From: an uncultured Nitrososphaerota archaeon
GTDB lineage: Archaea; Thermoproteota; Nitrososphaeria; Conexivisphaerales; DTJL01
Direction: 5' to 3'
Length of the DNA stretch: 64,000 bases
Assembly: GCA_963842885.1 (NCBI GenBank)
Contig: CAWJIE010000005.1
Location: forward strand, 352,001-416,000
Numbering within the stretch: position 1 is the first letter of the stretch; every line of letters starts with the position of its first letter. The notes under the pieces are model-generated. The model searched no databases. It saw only the letters and a program-made list of their open reading frames with translations, and was not told the DNA's origin. Positions 8,908 to 17,343 of this stretch are shown here, piece after piece. The position numbers were made by a program, and so were the translations under genes.

Positions 8908-9710
8908 TCAGGACTCTGGCCGCTTATGCATCGGAGGATTGAAGCCCCTAGCCTGAGGCGTCACCCCGGCGGCTTCCCAGGCCTCGAGGACCCTGGGCCG
9001 GACCTTGACAACGGCCTCCACGGTCCGTGGATTCATCCCCAAGTCCCTGGAGATTCGAGTGACCCCAAGGTGGGGGGGCCAGTAGGCCCTCAGCCAGATG
9101 GCCGTGACCCTCTGGTCGACGATGGCCAGGATCCCGTCCTCGGCTATCTTGAAGCCCCAGGGCGGACGGCCGAGATGCTTCCCTCTCCCCTTCAGGACGC
9201 CCATGCTCATCTTCGTCTTCTGGGCGATGTCCCGCCTGTAGAACTCGGCCCCAGCGGCCAGGTTGGTGAGGAGGAACCTCCCCTCCGGCGTGGCCAGATC
9301 GACGTTGGAGATGATCCCGAACTTCACAGGGACCCCTACTTTGGCGAGCTCATCCAGGATGGAGAGGGTGTCCTTGACGTCCCTGGAGAGGCGATTGTTG
9401 TTGTAGACCTGGACCATGTCAAACTTCGTCTTGGTCGTGTCCCTGGTCTTCGCCACAGGGTCCCAGCCAATCAGGGCGTCCCCCATCATCTTCTTCAGCA
9501 ACGGCCTTTCGCGATCCTTGCCGGAGCACCCGCGGTCAGCATAGAACCAAGTCCTCGTCCACCCCATCCGGTCCGCCCAGGCCTTGCAGTATTCCTTCTG
9601 TGCTTCGATGGAGATGCCCTCCTGGGCCTGTTCTTCGGTCGACACTCTCGCATAGCAGCATACCTTGATCCGGTGGTCCTCGGTCGGGGGAGGCTGGGCC
9701 GGCGACTCAG
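8908..9710 (-). CDS. Serine recombinase (resolvase-type catalytic domain plus C-terminal HTH); true start upstream of the ORF-track start
   Basis: In-frame IKVCCYARVSTEEQ, DRGCSGK, RLSRD and GRPPWGF motifs. Confidence 0.88.
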
Positions 9711-9991
9711 AACGCCTCTCTGCTCCGCCCGTCCGGGAACCGAATCACGTAGGCGTTCGTGATCTTCTTCAGCTGAGCCAGGTACTCCTCGACGGCCTTC
9801 TTCTCCGCTTCCTTGATGTCCTTGGCTTCGACCGCGACCTCCCTCAGCATCAGGACGCCACACTCATCTGGCCTGGTCTGCCCCCAGGGGACTTGGCGGA
9901 TATCCATGCCAACCCCCACCCTCCACGTTCCTATCGTTTCCTTCTTGGTGCTCATCACTTCCTGTAAATGAAGCAGAACCTTCTCGGTCAA
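9707..9991 (-). CDS. Hypothetical protein
   Basis: 94-aa ORF directly upstream of the recombinase. Confidence 0.55.
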   Translation of the reverse strand: MTEKVLLHLQEVMSTKKETIGTWRVGVGMDIRQVPWGQTRPDECGVLMLREVAVEAKDIKEAEKKAVEEYLAQLKKITNAYVIRFPDGRSREAF

Positions 9992-10191
9992 TGAAGCAGT
10001 CAGTGGTCCCGGCCCCCTTTCTTTATTCCGCCATGTAGGGGCCGGAAAAAAAACGCGGAAGGGGGCCCTTGTTGTGCACCGAAGATGATTTCCTGGCCTT
10101 AGGGCGAGCGGCCGGACTCCCTGATACTTAATGAAAGAAGAAGTAAAGAGAGGATTATATCAAGCTCGACGATTTCAACGAATGAGAAGCC

Positions 10192-10437
10192 ATGACGAAG
10201 CCAAAGAAGGAGAAGAAGGCTGGCAGCACCCAGGAAGACAGCCTCCTCTATTCGATCGTCGCTGCGGCCGTTTCCTTCCTGGCCTACACGATGACCTCCT
10301 TCCTGTCCGTCCTGAAGCCGACTCTCGATCTCGTCTCCCCCTACCTGAACACCGTAGGGCTCCAGGGGGCGCCTGCCGAGGGCGTGGTCCTGGCTGCGGT
10401 CGTCGGGGTCGTCGTGTATCTCGTCCTGAGCTCCTAG
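10192..10437 (+). CDS. Small two-helix membrane protein
   Basis: Basic N-terminus and two hydrophobic segments; 81 aa. Confidence 0.7.
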   Translation: MTKPKKEKKAGSTQEDSLLYSIVAAAVSFLAYTMTSFLSVLKPTLDLVSPYLNTVGLQGAPAEGVVLAAVVGVVVYLVLSS

Positions 10438-10621
10438 AGGTCTTTCTTTTGAGGACGCTCCTGGAGGATCACCCGGTCCGAGGGGCGGTCCTGTTCGTAG
10501 CTGTAGGCACTTCTCTGACCATGGGAACCTTGGCCCTGGCCGCATCGGCCGGCCCGGCTGGCGTCTGCCTCCTCGCTCTCGCGGTACTCTGTGGCGCCGG
10601 CTGCTCCCTCGGCTGGAGATG

Positions 10622-10819
10622 CTAGTCGTCCCTGAAGCGGATATCCTCAGCCTTGGAGTTCAGGGCCCTGGCGTGGAAGGCCAAGACCAGGCAGAAGACG
10701 AGAGCGCCGGGGGCCGCGAGCGTCCCCCTAACGAAAGGTGGAAGGACCATCACCAAGCCCAAGAGGTTCTCCGCCAAGCCCTGCAGCTTCAGCTTCCTAA
10801 TCATGTGTTCCCTATTCAA
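10622..10819 (-). CDS. Small membrane protein
   Basis: 65 aa, two hydrophobic stretches; overlaps the upstream stop. Confidence 0.55.
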   Translation of the reverse strand: MNREHMIRKLKLQGLAENLLGLVMVLPPFVRGTLAAPGALVFCLVLAFHARALNSKAEDIRFRDD

Positions 10820-11390
10820 GGGCCAGGACCTCCTCGGCGGCCGTCAGTCCAAAGTCCTTAGCACAGAGGATCCTTCCCCCTCGGCCGAAGAAGGTCTCAG
10901 ACTCCTGCAGGGGGCGGCCGCAGGCTTCACACTTCTTGGAAGGTGGAGCTGGTAGTACTGCGGCGGTCCCCTCTGGCTGGCGGGTAGGCGAGTCGCCATG
11001 TGGGAAGTCCTCCGTTTCAGGGCCCCGCTCTGGCGCGGACAATACGGAAGGCGGCGCATCGACCGTCTCATGGCTTTCCGGGGGAGGCTCTTGCGATATG
11101 GCGATGTCCTCCCCCAGGGCGCCCGTCATCCTTTGGTACCAGGTCGCGCTTCGCTCCTCCTTGGCTATGGCTTCCTTGAGGAGACTGGCATCGAAGACGA
11201 TGACCATCGTCCCGTGGGCCTTCCTCTTCTTGAGACCGGCCCGCTTCAGGACGAAGCCGGCGTTCTGGGCCGTCAGGACCGGGCTTCCTTTCTTGCCGGC
11301 CCTGTTGAAGCGGTCCACGATGGAGGAGATCCGGACGTCGACCTCTCCCTCCTCCTTCAGGACCTCCAGATAGGCCTCGAGGACGTTCAG
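10812..11390 (-). CDS. Winged-helix-like protein with C-terminal CxxC/CxxD zinc finger
   Basis: AQNAGFVLKRAGLKKRK helix-wing, Pro-rich linker, CEACGRPL...ILCAKDF. Probable CTG start overlapping the upstream TGA. Confidence 0.6.
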   Translation of the reverse strand: MNVLEAYLEVLKEEGEVDVRISSIVDRFNRAGKKGSPVLTAQNAGFVLKRAGLKKRKAHGTMVIVFDASLLKEAIAKEERSATWYQRMTGALGEDIAISQEPPPESHETVDAPPSVLSAPERGPETEDFPHGDSPTRQPEGTAAVLPAPPSKKCEACGRPLQESETFFGRGGRILCAKDFGLTAAEEVLALE

Positions 11391-12584
11391 GGCTCCTCGA
11401 CCTCCTTGGCCCTGTTGAGAGCCGCCAGGGCCATGTTGCCTCCTGCGACGCTCCCGATGGCGTCCTTGATCACCTCGTCGACCATGGTCCCTAGGCAGAC
11501 CGAGCTCTGCTCCCTCTTGAGGCGCAGCCGCAGCTCGTCGACCATCCACTCGAAGCCGTCCGATATGACCTCGTCGGCCATCTTGGAGAGGTGCTCTGGC
11601 CCCTCGAGGCAGCGCACGCATCGGCGGACCTCCTTCCCGAGCCTTGACGTCCAGAGGTAGGACGGCTGGGGAAGCGGGACATACCTGATCTTGCTGGAGA
11701 GAACCCTCAGCGCCTTCTTCGTATATTCGTCGTCTCCTCCCGTTCCTCCAAGCTTGGCGTAGTGCGTGTGACCAAGCGCCTCAAGGTACGGCCTGCTCTG
11801 CTCCTCTCTGGCCGCGAACCCCTGTTCAGGGTCGTCCTCTCGACCGGAGATCTTCACGCTGCATCTGTACCTCAGCTCGACGATCGTTCGGTTAGGGTCA
11901 GTCCCGAGGTTGTAGTCGATGATCGAGGGGAGGGCGTACTCCTGGCCGCCTCCAGGGATCGAGCGGCTGAAGGGGCTTCCCAGCCTCCCGTCCGCGAAGG
12001 GGGAGACCTCGAGCTCGACCCCGCACCGCGTGCAGGTGAAGCGGTTCGTGCTGGGGTCCAGGATCACGCCCGGGCGGAAGCAGCGGGGGCAGAACTTGTC
12101 GAGGGTGAGTTTTGATATTCCGTCACGCTTTTGGCCGTCCCCGTTCTGTTCCTGAGCGTGGCGCGAGCGGAGCCTGGCCATGGCCTGCCTTGATGGCGCC
12201 GGGGGATATCCCCAGGGCCTCCGCGTAGTCCTTGTTTGATAGCCCCGGGCATTCTCGCATCTTCCAGAAGAGCTTGATTAAAGTCGTCGGCGGCCTTCCC
12301 TTGGCCGTCAATACACCCATTGAAACGGCCTCGGGCTCAGCGGTCGGACGGAAATCCCCGCGTAGAGATTTCGTCATTTCGTGACTTTCCGTCGCCCGTG
12401 AAAGTGGAAGGGGCGCTGGACCTGGCAGCGCCATTTGACCGCCCTCGAGAGAGACCTTCGGGGCCTGGGGGAGCATGGTTTCGCGGCCCTCAACCTTGGG
12501 TTCTGAGACCGACTCGGGGCCATCCGGCTCCTCCGTCGGCAGGGGGAAGTCGGAGATCGGGGGCTTAGGCTGGACGACGCACAA
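11387..12584 (-). CDS. TFB/TFIIB-like zinc-ribbon protein, probably fused to an upstream HTH across a frameshift near 12190
   Basis: CPRC-x17-CTRCG ribbon in 11387-12181. HTH LSNKDYAEALGISPGAIK continues as QAMARLRSR in the next frame. Confidence 0.6.
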
Positions 12585-12626
12585 GTCAGAGGACCCCCTC
12601 CTCGGTCCGCCATCCCGATGAGAGCT

Positions 12627-12812
12627 TCAAAGTCTCCCATCCTCGAAGAGCCTGGCCGTGATTGCCATGATGGTCAGGCAGAGGGCGAACGAAAGGACGA
12701 CCCAGCCAGACACGTCTCCCATCTTCAGGGCCCCGAAGGCTATGGCGAAGACGGGAAGGCTGAGAAGGCCCAGCATGTTGGAGTCCCTAAGCAGGAACCT
12801 CTCCAGCTTCAA
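12627..12812 (-). CDS. Small membrane protein
   Basis: MKLERFLL...; two hydrophobic helices; TTGA start/stop overlap. Confidence 0.6.
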   Translation of the reverse strand: MKLERFLLRDSNMLGLLSLPVFAIAFGALKMGDVSGWVVLSFALCLTIMAITARLFEDGRL

Positions 12813-13129
12813 GCCGAGCCCTCCTTGGTCAGCGGAACTTCGCGCTCCACCCCCGGGAAGCACCTCAGGTAGAAGTCCCGCTCCTTGGCCCTGAACTGAA
12901 GATAGAGCCAGTGGTAAAATCTCCTGGCCATCCAGAGGCAGTAGGCCACGTTCCAAGCCTGGGCGTACAGGAGGTCCTCGCAGTTGCCAAGGACGGCCCG
13001 GGTTTGCTGCCTCTCGTCTCCACTCGTCATGAGGAGGTAGGCGAAGTGTTCGGCGTCCTTGTCCAGGAGCCGGCAGGTCCTCGCGCGGTTGACGGCCCTG
13101 GCCTCCCACCTGATTCTGTCGAACTCCAT
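12809..13129 (-). CDS. Hypothetical protein
   Basis: 106-aa ORF in a tightly packed operon. Confidence 0.55.
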   Translation of the reverse strand: MEFDRIRWEARAVNRARTCRLLDKDAEHFAYLLMTSGDERQQTRAVLGNCEDLLYAQAWNVAYCLWMARRFYHWLYLQFRAKERDFYLRCFPGVEREVPLTKEGSA

Positions 13130-13243
13130 CAGGCTCCCCCCATGGCGAGCTCGGCCTCACTGGCCAGCCCCAGGACGAACTTCTGAAGCTTCACCGCGTC
13201 GGGGTCCGGGGCGATCAAGGTGGAGAGCCCCCTCCCTCAGTCA

Positions 13244-13383
13244 GAGGCGATAGTGGCTTAGGTGGCGAATGTGGCGCAAAACTATAGACATGCAGTGACA
13301 TTGTCAAGTGGCCCCCCTGTCGTCGATATGCTTCTGTCCGTCCCGTTTTTCGCCACTTGCGCCACCTTCGCCTTCATCGCCAC
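13244..13383. repeat. Inverted iteron-like array (candidate replication origin)
   Basis: GTGGCG-like units at 13244, 13253, 13262 and 13271 face CGCCAC-like units at 13351, 13360, 13369 and 13378; all 9-bp period. Confidence 0.8.
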
Positions 13384-14770
13384 CTCTCTGCTCTATGCTG
13401 ACCCCTAGTCGTCCTGCCAAGTCTTCAATGCCAGCCTTGGACACGGCGAAGAACCTGAACCCCAGCGGTGCCCTTCTTTCGCTTGTCAATCCCCATTCGA
13501 GTCAGGATGGAAGAGATCGCCTTTCCCCTGTAGTCGTGGGCGTACCTGGCGTTGACGGCGTCCGTAAGGGCCTTGATGGAGGCCCACTTCTCGCACGCTG
13601 GGTCCTCTCCCTCCTTGTAGAGGGGCGGAACCGTCTCCTGAAGGGCCTCGACGAGCTCAGCCTCTTCCGTGATGTTGACGCTCTCGACCCTCATGGTGCT
13701 CTCGTAGCCCTGGACATAAGCCTGGAGAATCTCGAGCTCCTCCTTGGTGCCAAAGATCTTGGTGAGGGCGAAGAGGGGACGGAAGATTTCCGAGAACCTT
13801 CCTGTGGCGAACCCCCTAATGTTGGTCCTCTCATACTCCGCCTGGACATCGAAGGCCAGCCTGAGCCTGAGGAGGTACATCGAGTCCCTGATCCCCTTGA
13901 AAGTGGCCGGATGAGGCTCGGGGTAGTCTTCCTTCACCTTTCGAGTGATGATTCGACCGCTCGCGAAAGCGTTATGCCCCCTATCTGCCGGGTGCTGTCG
14001 AGGAAGAGAGGGCCGTAGAGGTTGAAGTTACGGCGCACCTTCTTGCCCTGGCCATCGGAGTCGTAACGCGGGACTGAGACGTATTTCGAATAGGAGGCGT
14101 TCAGGAGGGTCATGAGCATGTGGTAAGCCGGGTGCTTCGGGTTCGCGAACTGCTCCGCCTCATCGATGAACATCGAACAGCGCTCCTCCTCCTTGATCCG
14201 GTAGATGCTGGCCTCGGTGGGGTCGGTCATAAGGTACCCGTGATACGAAGCGAAGAGAATCACCTTCAGGAGGCGCGTCTTGCCTGACTCGCTCACCCCG
14301 TAGATGAACACCAGGGGGAAGTGGTCGAAGACATCGTAGAAATACGTCCCCTCGATCAGGCGCTTGATCAGCACCAGGACGGCCGGGTCCTTGATGGCAT
14401 GGTGAACCTTGACCGCGGCCTCTATGGCTTGGTCGACTTCGCGAGGGTTGACCACGGCGCCCTCCTGCAGCATCTCAATGGTCCGCTTGTCCATGAGGAT
14501 CGTAGTAGTGTCCAGGCTGGGAAAGAGGCCGACCGTGCGGTACTTCCCAATCCTGTCAGTCTTGAGCCAGTCGACGACTTCGAACTTGGTTTCGTTGCCT
14601 TCCTTCATGACGGCCACAACGTAGGGCCTGTACTCAGGGCCCTCCTTCCCCTTGGCAGGCAGCCACACGCCTTCGGTGAGGGCTGTTCCGCAGAACCCGA
14701 AGGGCCCCAGCTTGGGCGGGACTTCAGCGGTCAGATCGACATCCGCAGGCAGGGAGAGGGCTTTACTCAA
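13304..14770 (-). CDS. P-loop ATPase / helicase-like replication protein with C-terminal wHTH; frameshifts near 13960 and 13470
   Basis: Walker A GVSESGKT, Walker B MFIDE, LLNASY. ORFs 13934-14770, 13425-13937 and 13304-13489 read as one protein. Confidence 0.7.
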
Positions 14771-15084
14771 GAGAGGACACCCCTTGTACGAAAGTGCTCA
14801 TCGGCCACGGCCCTGGTTTCGAAGCAAGTACGGGAGATGTCGCGCTCACGCCTCTCGGGAGTTGTGACCTTCAAGACGCTCTCTGTCCTGCGGTACATGC
14901 CTAGGATGGACGGCATCTGGAGCCTGGCCAGCTGGACGGCCCTGAAAGTGACTCCGAGCTCCTTCGCGACGATGTCAGGCTCAGGCTCCTCTGAGGAGAC
15001 CTCCGTCCTGCGGCCGTTGGACTTGAACCACCAACCTGCTTCCGTGTGGTACTCCTGGACAGCTCTCTCCGAAAGGGAACTCAT
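14767..15084 (-). CDS. Hypothetical protein
   Basis: 105 aa; start/stop overlaps on both sides. Confidence 0.55.
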   Translation of the reverse strand: MSSLSERAVQEYHTEAGWWFKSNGRRTEVSSEEPEPDIVAKELGVTFRAVQLARLQMPSILGMYRRTESVLKVTTPERRERDISRTCFETRAVADEHFRTRGVLS

Positions 15085-15263
15085 GAGTCGATCTCCACGG
15101 TCAAATAGACGCGAAACGATGTGTCCTCTCTGTCCTTCATTACCCGAGAGGAGATCGCCCTGCCATCGAAGGCGCGGATGATGGTTTCCTTGGCGGCCTC
15201 GAGGACCTCCAGCGATGGCGAAGTGACCTTAACATTGGCGAGCTGTTTCATGATTACCACCAC
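15081..15263 (-). CDS. Small hypothetical protein
   Basis: 60 aa; ATGA overlap with the next gene. Confidence 0.55.
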   Translation of the reverse strand: MVVIMKQLANVKVTSPSLEVLEAAKETIIRAFDGRAISSRVMKDREDTSFRVYLTVEIDS

Positions 15264-15371
15264 TGCCGCCGAGGGCGGCTTCTAACGCGTCGAGATCTCT
15301 AAGGGCCGTCGCCATCTGTGAGCTCAAGAGGTCCAGGAGCTCCGCCTCCGAAAGCTGCTCAAGGGGCTTCG

Positions 15372-15574
15372 TCAGCATCCGCCCCCTTGGCCGTTGAGGC
15401 CCAGGGCCTTCATGCGGTCCGCGTCCAGGTAGCCGAGGCGGGCCAGCTCGATCATCACGGCCCGCCTAAGGAAGAGCTCACCCCTTCCTTTCGAAGGTCG
15501 GCTACCTTCCTGATCAGGGCCGCATCTTCCTTGTTGAACCGGGCCCCGATTGATTCTTCCTGCTCGTCTTGCAT
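15372..15574 (-). CDS. Ribbon-helix-helix (CopG-like) regulator; one frameshift near 15473
   Basis: MQDEQEESIGARFNKEDAALIRKVADLRKEGVS joins FLRRAVMIELARLGYLDADRMKALG. Confidence 0.7.
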
Positions 15575-15576
15575 AC

Positions 15577-15615
15577 TTCCAACTGGGTTGGAAAGACTAA
15601 TATACAAAGCGTATA
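15577..15615. promoter_or_regulatory. Divergent promoter/operator region
   Basis: TTCCAAC-N3-GTTGGAA (15577-15593) and TATAC-N5-GTATA (15601-15615) between divergent regulators. Confidence 0.5.
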
Positions 15616-15629
15616 GTAAATGACACCAG

Positions 15630-16481
15630 ATGTCACTAACCGACGGCGACGCCTTGGTTCTAAGCGAGATAATGAAATCGGGCAAGGAAGGCCGTACTTG
15701 GACTCAGCTGCTATCGCTGCGTTCTCCCCGAGCGTTGGCGCGGGCACTCTCTCACCTCCAGAAGCGAAGCCTAATTCATCGGGGTGCTGAGCGAAGGTAT
15801 TTCAGCGATGCCGGGTCTCCCGACGCCCTTCTTATGAACAGGGTCCGCGAATTCATCCCAACCGCCGGAGTCGAGTGGATTCACACGGCGCTGCTCCTGG
15901 CCGCCCCCAGCCTGCTCATGACCCCGCAGGGTAAACAAGCGCTGGAGTCCCTTAGAAGCAATCTCAAATTCTTCGAAGAGCTGGGGAGCGTCCGCCTGCA
16001 GCTCAGAGACCTGTATCTTGAAGCTAGGCTTTCACAATATTCAAAGGCGGACCACGCAGCGGTCGAAGGTTACATGAGAAAGCTGAACGAGTACTTCCTT
16101 CTGTCGACAATGCCGATTCCGAATCAGAAGGTCGCTACAATGCTGGCTTCGCGAACGCCATCCATGTTCGTCACCCTCGAAGACGAGGAATTCGGCATTG
16201 AGGACCTCATCAAGAACGCGCCCCCTCAGGATTGGGAGCGTCCCGAGTGGAAGATCAAGAGGATTGACGAACTGAAAAGAGAGCTCCATAGGAACAGCAG
16301 AGCCCGAAGGCTCTTCGCGAGAGGGCCCATCCTGGACGCAAAAGGAAGCACACCTGGCATGCTCCTTGTAATCCCAATCGAGGGGTTTGGAGGAGGGCTG
16401 CGCCTCCTCAGCCTCATAAACCAGAAACTGCCCCTTACTGTCACCAAAGGACAGCCGGCTGGAGCTCCAGCCGAGGCCTAA
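15630..16481 (+). CDS. Putative regulator with N-terminal winged HTH
   Basis: RTWTQLLSLRSPRALARALSHLQKRSLIHR...RY; divergent from the main operon. Confidence 0.6.
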   Translation: MSLTDGDALVLSEIMKSGKEGRTWTQLLSLRSPRALARALSHLQKRSLIHRGAERRYFSDAGSPDALLMNRVREFIPTAGVEWIHTALLLAAPSLLMTPQGKQALESLRSNLKFFEELGSVRLQLRDLYLEARLSQYSKADHAAVEGYMRKLNEYFLLSTMPIPNQKVATMLASRTPSMFVTLEDEEFGIEDLIKNAPPQDWERPEWKIKRIDELKRELHRNSRARRLFARGPILDAKGSTPGMLLVIPIEGFGGGLRLLSLINQKLPLTVTKGQPAGAPAEA

Positions 16482-16546
16482 CATCTTAGGTTCATATCCC
16501 AATCCGAGCCCTTGAGCTCTCAATGGTTTCTAAGAGTTTAAGAACC

Positions 16547-16561
16547 TCAAGGCTTTAGCTT
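16547..16561 (+). repeat. attR core, TCAAGGCTTTAGCTT
   Basis: Identical to 5364-5378; contains the minus-strand stop of the PadR gene. Confidence 0.9.
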
Positions 16562-16849
16562 CTCGGACGTGCTTTCTAGGTACGCGACGGCCATTCTCAG
16601 AGCCTCCGCGCCCTTCTCGGTGCAGAGGTAGATGGTCCGCCCCCCTTCGCTCCGGGACGTCACGAGCCCCTCATTCTTCAACCTGTACAGCACGGTGTAG
16701 AAGGTAATCCCTGCGGGCTCAAAGATGAACTTCTCTCTGAACCGCCTCTTCAGCCCGAGCGGATAGTCCGGCCTCTCCAGCAGCATCCTCAGGATGTAGA
16801 GCCAGAGGTTCTCCCTGGTGAGTTTGCGGACTAGGCGCTCGTAGGCCAA
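16547..16849 (-). CDS. PadR-family transcriptional regulator
   Basis: LWLYILRML...YTVLYRLKNEGLV...YLCTEKG. Confidence 0.85.
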   Translation of the reverse strand: MAYERLVRKLTRENLWLYILRMLLERPDYPLGLKRRFREKFIFEPAGITFYTVLYRLKNEGLVTSRSEGGRTIYLCTEKGAEALRMAVAYLESTSEKLKP

Positions 16850-16860
16850 AGCGAGCCCCC

Positions 16861-17139
16861 CTAATACGGCCTGTTTCTCTCGGCTTTTGCCCTGACGTTG
16901 ACAATTCCGAAGTGGATGGCGCAAGATACGCAGTAGTTCTTCTGGGTGGTTCCATATGGGATGTATGTGCCGGCCGCCCTGAGCTCTCTTGCCAGACTGG
17001 GCTCTACGAGGGTGATCCTCTGTGTGACCTTCTTGGCCTTGTCTCGCGGAACGGGGCGACCGCACTGGCTGCATTGCACGAAGCCGCTCGCTCCCTTGCC
17101 GCCTTTGCTTCTTCCTCGACTCTTCCTCTTCTGAGTCAA
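16861..17139 (-). CDS. rps26e: 30S ribosomal protein S26e
   Basis: KRKSRGRSKGGKG, CSQC, PRDKAKK, YCVSCAIH. Confidence 0.95.
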   Translation of the reverse strand: MTQKRKSRGRSKGGKGASGFVQCSQCGRPVPRDKAKKVTQRITLVEPSLARELRAAGTYIPYGTTQKNYCVSCAIHFGIVNVRAKAERNRPY

Positions 17140-17343
17140 ATGGCTTGCACCTTACCTCCTAAGATAGCGCCTTAAAACTCTTTTATGGTCATAAACTCAC
17201 CTACCAGACCTTCGTGCTTCGGTCACTTGGAGGCAGGGGCCCCGTCGGGCAAATTGCCTTATCTCCGATCATGGAGCCCTCTACATGCTCTCCAGATGCC
17301 TCCACGGCCTAGGTTTTATAGAAGGGACTCTGAAGCGAGACCG

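Larger units (their letters stand above)
5364..16561. mobile_element. Integrated element (~11.2 kb; provirus or integrative plasmid-like)
   Basis: Exact 15-bp direct repeat at both ends. Integrase at the left end, plus serine recombinase, ATPase and many short hypothetical ORFs interrupting housekeeping genes. Confidence 0.92.

Noticed and set aside
16456-16473. Perfect 18-bp palindrome CGGCTGGAGCTCCAGCCG
   Set aside because: Lies within a coding 3' end in GC-rich DNA; no independent support for function.
16486-16510. tRNA T-arm-like sequence TTAGG-TTCATAT-CCCAA near the right end of the element
   Set aside because: Mismatched stem, no rest of a cloverleaf and no second copy in the window. 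The 15-bp repeat already explains the boundaries.
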